Origin: a bacterium
GTDB lineage: Bacteria; Patescibacteriota; Minisyncoccia; Phycocordibacterales; UBA918
Reading direction: 5' to 3'
Assembly (NCBI GenBank): GCA_043719295.1
Contig: JAYSUD010000001.1
Location: 189,799 to 253,798, forward strand
Length of the DNA stretch: 64,000 nt
Positions 56,109-64,000 of the stretch are shown here, piece after piece. The position numbers and the translations under genes are program-made. The notes beneath the pieces are model-generated. The model made no database searches. It saw only the letters and a program-made list of their open reading frames with translations, and was not told the origin of the DNA. Position 1 is the first letter of the stretch. The number at the start of each line of letters is the position of its first letter.

Positions 56109-56978
56109 GTGAAAGATATACTCAAAATTCTAGTAGTACTCTTTGTCCTCGCATTTGCAGGAATTGGTGTAGTGGTGACGTTTGTATTTTTTGGGATGCA
56201 ATATGAAGTCTTTAATGTACCGGGATCGATTATTGAACGAAATGCATCATTTGGACTTGTACCAACAACATCAAAGGCCATCAGTGAACCAGAATCAAAC
56301 GGATGCAAAGAAGGCTTAAGTCAAACTGAACCTTGTTTTTGGTTTGACACAGTGCAATGGGAAGTTGTTAAAGGCGGGTTAGAAAAAGACGCTCAAATTA
56401 TTAATCGAGTTGCGGATGAAACAGGCGTAGAAGCACGAATGATTGCGTCAGCAGTAATCCCAGAACAATCACGTTTTTTTACTGACAACAGAGAGGTCTT
56501 TAAACGCTACTTCGAGCCACTGAAACTTTTGGTTTCCCTATCAAAGTTTTCACTTGGTGTTTCAGGAATTAAACAAGAAACAGCAGAAGTAATTGAAGAA
56601 CACACTCTGAATACTGCATCAGCATTTTATCCTGGTGACACTTTCAGTTCACTCATTACGTATGAAGATGGTGTAGACAAAAAACAGGAACTCTTTAATC
56701 GACTGACTAATGAGAAAGATCACTACTACTCATACCTCTATACTGCAATCTATCTTAAAGAGATTGAAGCACAGTGGCTCAAAGAAGGATATGATGTGAA
56801 AAAACGTCCTGATGTTTTAGTAACACTCTTTAATTTAGGATTTGATGCTTCGAAGCCAAAAGAAAATCCACAAGTCGGTGGTGCACGTATTACGCTCGGA
56901 GGCCAGGCGTATAGCTTTGGGTATCTAGGGACATTATTTTATGAAAGTGAAGAACTGAGCGATATCTTTTCCCGATAA
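56109..56978 (+). CDS. Membrane-anchored hypothetical protein, possibly lysozyme-like fold
   Basis: N-terminal TM; I...A...GV....IA.....EQ and SLG..GIK patterns; start uncertain. Confidence 0.6.
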   Translation: MKDILKILVVLFVLAFAGIGVVVTFVFFGMQYEVFNVPGSIIERNASFGLVPTTSKAISEPESNGCKEGLSQTEPCFWFDTVQWEVVKGGLEKDAQIINRVADETGVEARMIASAVIPEQSRFFTDNREVFKRYFEPLKLLVSLSKFSLGVSGIKQETAEVIEEHTLNTASAFYPGDTFSSLITYEDGVDKKQELFNRLTNEKDHYYSYLYTAIYLKEIEAQWLKEGYDVKKRPDVLVTLFNLGFDASKPKENPQVGGARITLGGQAYSFGYLGTLFYESEELSDIFSR

Positions 56979-56990
56979 TCAACTATACGG

Positions 56991-57024
56991 TACTAAAAAA
57001 ACTGCCAATGCAGTTTTTTTAGTA
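56991..57024. terminator. Bidirectional terminator
   Basis: TACTAAAAAAACTGC/GCAGTTTTTTTAGTA between convergent genes. Confidence 0.75.
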
Positions 57025-57045
57025 TTTAAGGTTAAGTACTAATAC

Positions 57046-57780
57046 TTAGTTATTATCAGTTTCAAAACTTTCTACATCACCACACTCCATAGCGTCATCA
57101 TCATCTTCATCTTCGTACGCAACGCAGATTCGATAATAAATATCTGTATCTTCGTCAAGGTTGTAAATCTGAGCACTGAATGATCGATCGTCATCTAAAC
57201 TTGAAGAAAGCAGCACTTTCTGCAAATCATCTCCATTTGATGATACATCGTTGTATGAGTCTTCATTTTCGACATCTTCAACTTCTTCTTCATCCTCTCC
57301 ATACACAAAGAATGCAATACCGTTTTCAAAGTCATTCATTTCAATCTCACCATTAAGTTCGGCTTGATTTTCACTCACATCATCTGCATCGTCTGTTGTT
57401 ACTTCTGGCACATCTTCATCGTCGTTATTATCGTTGTCGTCATCACTATCATCGTCATACCAGTAGGTATAGTGCTTTGATTTCTGCGCGTTATACTCTT
57501 GAAGCCAATGTACTGGCTTCTTGTACGTATACGTGTACTGCTGTGATTGCAGTTTCTGTAGCTGTGCGAGTAGCACACGGATTTGACTCAGAAGTGCCTC
57601 TGTATCATTTGAAGTATGAGTAACATACGTTTGCTGATACATTGGATAAGCTTTATTTTTGTTATGTTTGTTACTGTTGTAACTGTCAGCACTCGCAAAT
57701 GGTGCTGATACCACAAACAACAAAACGGCTACAAATAAGCTCAGTATAGCTTTTTGGGTTCTTGGAATTGAAGTAATCAT
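57046..57780 (-). CDS. Secreted acidic protein with FN3-like C-terminal domain
   Basis: Signal peptide, coiled segment, P.VTT..A..V....A.LNG and L...T..YYR..V patterns. Confidence 0.7.
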   Translation of the reverse strand: MITSIPRTQKAILSLFVAVLLFVVSAPFASADSYNSNKHNKNKAYPMYQQTYVTHTSNDTEALLSQIRVLLAQLQKLQSQQYTYTYKKPVHWLQEYNAQKSKHYTYWYDDDSDDDNDNNDDEDVPEVTTDDADDVSENQAELNGEIEMNDFENGIAFFVYGEDEEEVEDVENEDSYNDVSSNGDDLQKVLLSSSLDDDRSFSAQIYNLDEDTDIYYRICVAYEDEDDDDAMECGDVESFETDNN

Positions 57781-58039
57781 AATGAATTATACGTAAATTG
57801 GTAACCTCCTTACTCCACGATAGTACGCTTTTGTCTATTTTTTGCAAGCAAAAAACAACACTGACAAGGCTGTCCCAACTGGCAATATATAATGGATCTA
57901 AGAATATGAAGATTTATAGTCTTTATTAAAATTATGTAACGTACCTAATTTATAGGCAAACAAAAAGCCGGATTAAAGAGTTATTTTCTCTTCTTCCGGC
58001 GGTTCGGGCGACAAGTGTCGCCCGAAATGGACTGTGTAC

Positions 58040-58714
58040 TCAACAGAGCTTGTAGAAAATGTGTGCCCCGAGGTCAACTGTATTAGAGCAGAACTTGCCT
58101 GATTTGACCATCTCATCAAACCAACGGTTCTTATGTCTTGCTACCTTGTAGAAGGTTGCTCCGTTGGTTGGATCCTTACCCATCCCACTGTAGTAACCCA
58201 CAAGAAAGAGTGCCGTATCGAGGTTGATTGAAAACCACTTTCCCCAATTACCATTGCGGGTTGCGTGCGCATATGGAAGTATCGGCGCCCATTCTGGATA
58301 GTTATGTGAGTGGTGATAGCGGTAGGTGAAATCACGACTATTGCCACGCGAAGCACCGTCACGGATGACTCCGTAAAAAGTGTCACTCCATTCAGGGTGC
58401 CCTTGCGCATCTTTGCGATTTGCTATAACCCACCGTACCCCTTGTTGCTCAAGGCGCGATTGCTCAAGAGCTTCAAAGTACACCGCTTCAGAGATTTGGT
58501 ACACCGCTGAAGTGATATAGAGAACAGTTATCGCAACCACAATCGAAAACGATCGTATATTGCGCACAACCATTTTCATGATCATGATCAGTGCCCAAAA
58601 TATCATCAACAGAACCGTGCGAATGGTATTGAAGACTGCCGAATGTTTCTTTTTTACAACTGGCTGTTTGTTCCCTTTGTTTTTTGTAGAAGGTTTTCTT
58701 GTCGAACCTTTCAC
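58040..58714 (-). CDS. SleB-like cell wall hydrolase
   Basis: AVYFEA, V..VI.NR, DPTNGATFY, G.HIFY. Confidence 0.75.
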   Translation of the reverse strand: MKGSTRKPSTKNKGNKQPVVKKKHSAVFNTIRTVLLMIFWALIMIMKMVVRNIRSFSIVVAITVLYITSAVYQISEAVYFEALEQSRLEQQGVRWVIANRKDAQGHPEWSDTFYGVIRDGASRGNSRDFTYRYHHSHNYPEWAPILPYAHATRNGNWGKWFSINLDTALFLVGYYSGMGKDPTNGATFYKVARHKNRWFDEMVKSGKFCSNTVDLGAHIFYKLC

Positions 58715-58827
58715 TGCGGATACTCCCTCTGTATGATGTGCGACTTTTCAAGGCTACAGCACGTAGCCTTTTCTTATTTATTTATATCACAAAAATGCAT
58801 TATGTCAAACTAATCACCAAATTTCAG

Positions 58828-60117
58828 CTATCGAGCGCCCCAAGCTACATCTTGTCGAACAAGAAGTTGTTCTGCCTTTTGTGGTTCTGCCATAATTGCT
58901 TTCACTACCTTCTCAGCACGCACCCCTTGTGACGCCTTAACAAGGACAATATCGTTATTCTCTAAAAACGGCGTAAGTGTTGTTATAAGAGACGTCACAT
59001 CATCAAATGCAAAGATATTTTTAGCTGGCATACCAGAAGAAAATGCAGATTGTGCAATTTTTTGTGATCGAACTCCAAGTGTAAAAAGTATATCTGCTTT
59101 TTTACTTACTAACGCTCCAACACGTTCATGTTCAACTACAGAGAATTGTCCAAGCTCAAGCATGTCTCCTAAAACCGCAATTTTTCTTCCTTTGGTTTTT
59201 AATGCAGAAAGCGTGGTAAGCGCATGATTGACCGCAACTGGCGAAGCGTTGTAGGTATCATCAATGATTGTGGTACTTGTCATCCCTCTTAATACTCGCA
59301 TTCTGCCTGCAGGCTGTACGTGGGTTTCCAAGTTTATGATACTTTGCGATGTCTCAATAGAGAACAATTGCCCAACTGCCAAGGCAGCCCCGTAGGTGTG
59401 AGCGTGTTGGACACCAAGTGATCCTAGAATCGAGATTTTATCAGCAGTATTTTGATGCATGAGTGAAAATTCAATTCCTATTGGAGATGCACCATCATAA
59501 ATGACTGTATCTTGAGATATCTGAAAATCTGAAGTGGCACCTGCGCCGTAACTAAGCTTGTCTTGTGGAATGGAATGAAGATATTCTTTAATTTTTTCAT
59601 CATCATTGTTGTATACAAATGTACCCGTTGGTTTAAGTGCTTGTACTAAAACCATTTTTTCATCAATAACTTCTTGTGGTGAGGAAAAGTATTCAACGTG
59701 CGCCGGAACATCAGGAAGACAGGTCAAGATGACAATATCGGGTTTAATCCAAGCAGTTAAGCGCTTCATGTCCCCTTTTCTATCTACCCCCATTTCAAGT
59801 ACAAGGACCTCAGGGTAACCGTTTGAAAAAAGGGCATGCAATGCGCCATCAATAATATTTTTAAACCAATAGAGTGGATTATTCCATCCATTTTGTAATC
59901 CTAAAATCGTAAGTGGTACTCCAATCTCAGAGTTAAAACTTTTTTCACTCTTACGTGCGTGTACGTGGTTTTTTAAGACGGTGTACACCGCATCTTTAGT
60001 TGTAGTTTTCCCAACGCTTCCCGTTATAGCAATAATTTTTGGTTTTCTCCTTCGCAATAATATTTTTGATTCAAATATCAAAATAGCGACAACACAATTT
60101 TTAAGAATTTCTTTCAT
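58828..60117 (-). CDS. murF: UDP-MurNAc-tripeptide--D-Ala-D-Ala ligase
   Basis: ITGSVGKTTTK, DDTYNASP, GDMLELG, VKAS.G. Confidence 0.93.
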   Translation of the reverse strand: MKEILKNCVVAILIFESKILLRRRKPKIIAITGSVGKTTTKDAVYTVLKNHVHARKSEKSFNSEIGVPLTILGLQNGWNNPLYWFKNIIDGALHALFSNGYPEVLVLEMGVDRKGDMKRLTAWIKPDIVILTCLPDVPAHVEYFSSPQEVIDEKMVLVQALKPTGTFVYNNDDEKIKEYLHSIPQDKLSYGAGATSDFQISQDTVIYDGASPIGIEFSLMHQNTADKISILGSLGVQHAHTYGAALAVGQLFSIETSQSIINLETHVQPAGRMRVLRGMTSTTIIDDTYNASPVAVNHALTTLSALKTKGRKIAVLGDMLELGQFSVVEHERVGALVSKKADILFTLGVRSQKIAQSAFSSGMPAKNIFAFDDVTSLITTLTPFLENNDIVLVKASQGVRAEKVVKAIMAEPQKAEQLLVRQDVAWGAR

Positions 60118-60165
60118 AGAAGTATTTAATTATGAATTATGTTTATTTGAAATTACATCTGTTTA

Positions 60166-60288
60166 ACGGACTTCCGAAAACGAGTGCAATTCAAGGCAGA
60201 CGAGAAAAATTGTTTGAGGCGTACAAATGTACGTTGAAAATAATTTTTTGAAGTCTAACGAAGAAGTGTGCCGTTTTCGAAAGTTCGT
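60166..60288 (+). repeat. Family A element copy A6
   Basis: ACGGACTTCCGAAAACG/CGTTTTCGAAAGTTCGT stem, AGAC/GTCT, GAGGCGTAC-aaat-GTACGTTGA; abuts ftsI CTAG stop. Confidence 0.9.
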
Positions 60289-62007
60289 CTAGCGGTCTGG
60301 AGGGACATTATAATAATTAATCAAAAACTTGGTCAATTCCATAAAGGGTTCAGTTAGTGTCTCAGACGCATATTTTACCCCCTTTGGCTCAACAGTATAC
60401 AAGAGAATAAGATATTGTGGGTCGTATGCGGGGAAATAGCCGAAAAATGAGTGTAGATACCGATCATCGTAATACCCTCCTCCCGCATTATCAGCAATTT
60501 GTGCAGTACCCGTTTTTGCAGCAATACTATAGTGTTCTTGCTTTTGTTTACCACCGCTTAGTGCCTTATCAACTACTGTGGTGAGCATTCTTGAAACTTC
60601 TTCACTGGTTTCTTTTGTAAAAACTTGATCACCTTCTGGATACACAATATTTTTTGAAGTTCCATCTTGATACTCAATTTTCGTTGCAATATGGGGGGTT
60701 ATAAGACGACCACCATTCCCAAGCGTTGCGAGCGCTCTGACGGTAGCCATTGGAGTTATCGCAATTCCTTGTCCAAATGAAGCTGTTGCGTATTCAACGT
60801 CACGAGGTGAATTGAGGTTATCAATAAGTCCGTACGTTTCGTTTGGTAAATCGACCCCCGTTTCGTTACCAATTTTTAAGGCAGAGAAATATTTTCTAAA
60901 TTTCTCTTTGCCCATAGTCTTTACAATAAACGAAACTCCTGTGTTGAGTGACTGATTGAGTACCTCTTGCATGGTTACGGTACCACGTCCTCTCCCATCG
61001 TAGTTTTTGATGGTATAGGTATCAAGATCAATAAACCCCGCATCGTAATAGGTGGTGCTTTCACTCACAGCCCCACTATCAATACCCGCAGCCATAGTAA
61101 GCGCTTTTATGATTGAACCCATCTCGTACACGTTCTCAACTAATGGATTTCTAAACGCATTGATGTCTGCCCCTGCTCGATCGTTTAAATTAAAAGTAGG
61201 AATCGCATTAAGTGCATAGATCTCACCATTTTGGGGATTAATGATAATGCCTCCAGTAAGCGTACTACTATATTTCTCTTGCACTTTTGCAAGCTCACTA
61301 TCGAGCATTCTTGCAACAGTAGGTTCAATAGAAGTTACGACATCACCTGTTCGTGATTCTGTTGTATCAAAAATAATATTTCCAAGATTCGAAAAAATCT
61401 CAGCAAAAAAGTTAACGGTTGTCCTCCCATCATCACGGGTGAGCACATCATCATAGTACCTCTCTAGCCCATAGCGCCCCGCAAGCCTATCACCTCCATC
61501 TTCAGTGTACCCAACAAACCCTATTGAACGAGATGACAGCTCCTCACCAGGGTAGTACCTCCATTGTGTTCGATACATTTGTACACCCTTAAGACCCAAT
61601 GCTTCAATTTTATCAGAATCATCGTTACTTACCCGAGGTGCAATTTCTTGATAGGTCTTTTCTTTTTTTGCTGCTTTTTCTAAGAAGACAGTTTTATCAA
61701 TAGGATACACACTTGAAAGCTTTGTGTAGGTATCTTCAATATCAACAAGCCTACTTGGGTCAATTGCCAACACGTATCCAGACTGGATAGTTGCTGCAGA
61801 AACTTTTTCACCATCTTTGGTAGTAAAGAAAATACTTCCTCTACTATATAAATCTTTTACCGTATGTACATACTGTCGCGTTGCTTTATCTTCGTACGCT
61901 TGATGCTGCATGATTTGGATTTGATACAAACGCCCAATAAGTACTAACGCCAAAAACAACACCACGCCAGTGATGATGCGTATGCGTAAAATGGCACTTT
62001 TCCTCAT
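60289..62007 (-). CDS. ftsI: Class B penicillin-binding protein (PBP3)
   Basis: EMGSIIK (SxxK), SLN (SxN), KTGTAQ; dcw context. Confidence 0.92.
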   Translation of the reverse strand: MRKSAILRIRIITGVVLFLALVLIGRLYQIQIMQHQAYEDKATRQYVHTVKDLYSRGSIFFTTKDGEKVSAATIQSGYVLAIDPSRLVDIEDTYTKLSSVYPIDKTVFLEKAAKKEKTYQEIAPRVSNDDSDKIEALGLKGVQMYRTQWRYYPGEELSSRSIGFVGYTEDGGDRLAGRYGLERYYDDVLTRDDGRTTVNFFAEIFSNLGNIIFDTTESRTGDVVTSIEPTVARMLDSELAKVQEKYSSTLTGGIIINPQNGEIYALNAIPTFNLNDRAGADINAFRNPLVENVYEMGSIIKALTMAAGIDSGAVSESTTYYDAGFIDLDTYTIKNYDGRGRGTVTMQEVLNQSLNTGVSFIVKTMGKEKFRKYFSALKIGNETGVDLPNETYGLIDNLNSPRDVEYATASFGQGIAITPMATVRALATLGNGGRLITPHIATKIEYQDGTSKNIVYPEGDQVFTKETSEEVSRMLTTVVDKALSGGKQKQEHYSIAAKTGTAQIADNAGGGYYDDRYLHSFFGYFPAYDPQYLILLYTVEPKGVKYASETLTEPFMELTKFLINYYNVPPDR

Positions 62008-62018
62008 AGCTAGCTTAT

Positions 62019-62339
62019 TTAGCGGCTCGCGCCGTTTGAGAGCACCAGACTTCCTTCACTTCGGTCAATGAAAATCTTAGAACCTGATTTTTGGTATCCT
62101 TGCAAAGATGCAATATCAGAACTCACTTTATGTTGCACTTCAATATACTCCCCTTCAAGTTCACTTATTTCTGATGCCAAAAGCGTAATGTCACTTCCAA
62201 CTTCAGTACGTAATACTACATGCACAATAGAAGCGCTTACAAAGTACATGTAAAACGTGCACAAAAGTATAGAAGTACACGAAAGGAGCATAAATGCTCT
62301 TTTTTCTGTATACAATCTTAATAGTTGTGCTCTAGTCAT
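62019..62339 (-). CDS. FtsL-like cell division protein
   Basis: Single TM plus coiled coil between rsmH and ftsI. Confidence 0.65.
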   Translation of the reverse strand: MTRAQLLRLYTEKRAFMLLSCTSILLCTFYMYFVSASIVHVVLRTEVGSDITLLASEISELEGEYIEVQHKVSSDIASLQGYQKSGSKIFIDRSEGSLVLSNGASR

Positions 62340-62343
62340 ACTG

Positions 62344-63243
62344 TTATATTTTTTCTATAATTCGTAATTTTGCGCTCCGTGCTCTCTTATTTAACTGAAG
62401 TTCTCCATCGCTCGGTCCTATTGGCTTTTTATTAACCAGTACTGCTTTACAATCGCGTGTAAATTCTTTGAATGTTTCTTTAACAATTTTGTCTTCAAGA
62501 CTGTGGAAAGAGATCACTGCCATTCGTCCATGTGGTTTTAAAGATTCAAAACCATGTGCAAGCAAATCTCGCAGTGCATCGAATTCATCATTAACTGCAA
62601 TTCGTAACGCCTGAAATGTTTTTGTTGCAGGGTGAATGCGGTGTTTGCCTCCTTTTTTTGGCATTGCCTTTTCTATGACCGTAGCTAACTCTAACGATGT
62701 ACAAATAGGAGTTAATTCACGTTCTTTAACTATCATTCGTGCAATCCTCCGTGAGTACCCTTCATCTCCGTACGCATAGAGCACATTTGCAATGTCTTCC
62801 TCTTTCCAATCGTTGATGATGTCAAAGGCATTGAACGCATAGTTTGAAGGCTGTCCGTAAGTCATCGCAAGCGGTTCTTCACGGTTAAATGAAAATCCTC
62901 GTGGTTCACCTGCTTCCCCATCAAACTGCTCCATGCGCCAACCTAAGTCGGCTAAGATTGCATCAACCTGCCCTATTTCTAGTCGCTCCAACACTTCATT
63001 GATGAACCGAAAGTTATCTTCAACAAGTATGACTTTTGCTTTACTCAGGTCTTTTAGATGTGATGCAGCTTTGATAGCTGTTTTGTCAACATCAATACCA
63101 ATGTAGGTACCCTTAGCTCCCAATTCATTCAAAATTAACTCTGCATGTCCACTGCTTCCAAGCGTACAATCAACAACAACTGAATCCTTATGGAGATTCA
63201 GTGCGTGAACTGCTTCTTGTTGTAGAACAGTAATGTGTGACAT
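62344..63243 (-). CDS. rsmH: 16S rRNA m4C1402 methyltransferase
   Basis: H.TVL..E, DCTLG..GH, HPATKTFQALRIAVN, SFHSLED, RARSAKLR; true start MSHI at 63243. Confidence 0.95.
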   Translation of the reverse strand: MSHITVLQQEAVHALNLHKDSVVVDCTLGSSGHAELILNELGAKGTYIGIDVDKTAIKAASHLKDLSKAKVILVEDNFRFINEVLERLEIGQVDAILADLGWRMEQFDGEAGEPRGFSFNREEPLAMTYGQPSNYAFNAFDIINDWKEEDIANVLYAYGDEGYSRRIARMIVKERELTPICTSLELATVIEKAMPKKGGKHRIHPATKTFQALRIAVNDEFDALRDLLAHGFESLKPHGRMAVISFHSLEDKIVKETFKEFTRDCKAVLVNKKPIGPSDGELQLNKRARSAKLRIIEKI

Positions 63244-63290
63244 AGCCGGAGGTATTACTGTGGCTTCAAAAAACAAAGTAGTGCTTGAGT

Positions 63291-63412
63291 GAGTTTTCCA
63301 AAATGAGTGCGATTCGAGGCGCACAAGGAAATTTTTTGCGAAATGTACGTTGTAGTACTTTGAGTAAAAATTTCTGCAGCGCAACGACGAAGCGTGCCAT
63401 TTTCGAAAGCTC
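63291..63412 (+). repeat. Family A element copy A7
   Basis: GAGTTTTCCAAAATG/CATTTTCGAAAGCTC stem, AGTGCGATTCGAGGC, GTAC-loop-GTAC core; between mraZ and rsmH. Confidence 0.88.
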
Positions 63413-63421
63413 TGTTGTAGA

Positions 63422-63856
63422 TTAGAGGACGCCGATCTCCCCAAGCTTCTCAGCGAGCTGATCTGCCTGACTTTCAATCTTGCGTTTATACTCTTCCCAT
63501 TTATTCTCACCCCAAATTTCTACACGATTGTAGATGCCTGCAAGTACAACTTTTGTGTCGAGTCCTGCAAATTCTTTTAAAAAATCTGGAACGAGAATAC
63601 GTCCAACACTATCTACCTCAATCTCTACTGCTCCTGACAAAAAGAATCTATTGAAACTTCTTGTATCCGCCTGACCAAGTGGAAGTTGACCGATCTTTTC
63701 AGTGATCTTCTTCCACTCTGCCTGGGGATATACAAAGAGACAGTTATCAAGTCCGCGAGTGACGATAAGCGTTTTCCCAAGATCCTTCCGCCATTTAGAC
63801 GGAACGGACAGCCGTTTCTTAGGGTCCAACGTATGCTTATATTCGCCAATCAACAT
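63422..63856 (-). CDS. mraZ: Transcriptional regulator MraZ
   Basis: GEY.H.LD.K.RL..P, TRGLD.CL, D..GRIL.P. Confidence 0.96.
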   Translation of the reverse strand: MLIGEYKHTLDPKKRLSVPSKWRKDLGKTLIVTRGLDNCLFVYPQAEWKKITEKIGQLPLGQADTRSFNRFFLSGAVEIEVDSVGRILVPDFLKEFAGLDTKVVLAGIYNRVEIWGENKWEEYKRKIESQADQLAEKLGEIGVL

Positions 63857-63890
63857 AACTTAACTAGTCTATCGCAGTTTCCTGCTTTAT

Positions 63891-63940
63891 ACCACTATCT
63901 CCCACCACACGTACACTATACACCACTTTGCCCCACCACA
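63891..63940 (-). promoter_or_regulatory. Probable MraZ operator (GTGG repeats at about 10-nt spacing)
   Basis: Minus strand GTGGTGGGGCAAAGTGGTGTATAGTGTACGTGTGGTGGGAGATAGTGGT upstream of mraZ. Confidence 0.7.
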
Positions 63941-64000
63941 AACCAATCCAATCCACAAAACAGTGGATAAGTTGTTCTTTAATAAATAAATAATAAGAAA

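Noticed and set aside
58780-58812. dif-like site (TTATGTCAAACT)
   Set aside because: Better explained as the TTGACA -35 box of the promoter for the 58714 gene; no XerC-like arm.
63244-63510. N-terminal extension of RsmH in the ORF track
   Set aside because: Overlaps mraZ and repeat A7; the canonical MSH.TVL start is at 63243. The frame is open through the element, so in-frame translation is not formally excluded.
1-64000. Alternative genetic code (UGA read as Gly)
   Set aside because: Core genes are full length in code 11 and several end at TGA.

Overview
AT-rich bacterial chromosome segment in the standard genetic code. Gene content and style (minimal metabolism, peptidoglycan-binding surface proteins, mostly SD-less genes) suggest a CPR/Patescibacteria, probably Parcubacteria-like, genome; this assignment is an inference. 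The dcw cell-division cluster is split into two convergent halves: dac-mraY-ftsW-murG on + at 1-13.3 kb and mraZ-rsmH-ftsL-ftsI-murF on - at 58.8-63.9 kb. Between ftsW and murG sits a 2,600-aa signal-peptide-bearing SpvB/FG-GAP/RHS toxin with a probable immunity gene and a REP-associated-type (RAYT-like) HUH Y1 transposase bracketed by short inverted motifs. The rest holds gltX, zwf-gnd-pgl, murI, ung, rpmA, rplI, truB, engB, RNase H, a PIF1-like helicase, tRNA-Glu(CTC), three type II toxin-antitoxin pairs, a copper operon and very acidic secreted proteins. The main unannotated signal is non-coding: at least four families of dispersed, modular hairpin elements. Family A has 8 copies, 7 of them just after a stop codon in a fixed orientation; family B has 3 copies plus a fragment; both show extensive compensatory base changes. 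Module C is shared between a 3' UTR and a tRNA-end-duplicated element; family D has 4 copies in a long 5' leader. There are also point-centred strand-asymmetric T>C / A>G codon footprints at the ftsW and RHS junctions. Together these suggest an undescribed RAYT/palindromic-element system that may also remodel the toxin locus. Product calls come from motif recognition only; no searches were run.
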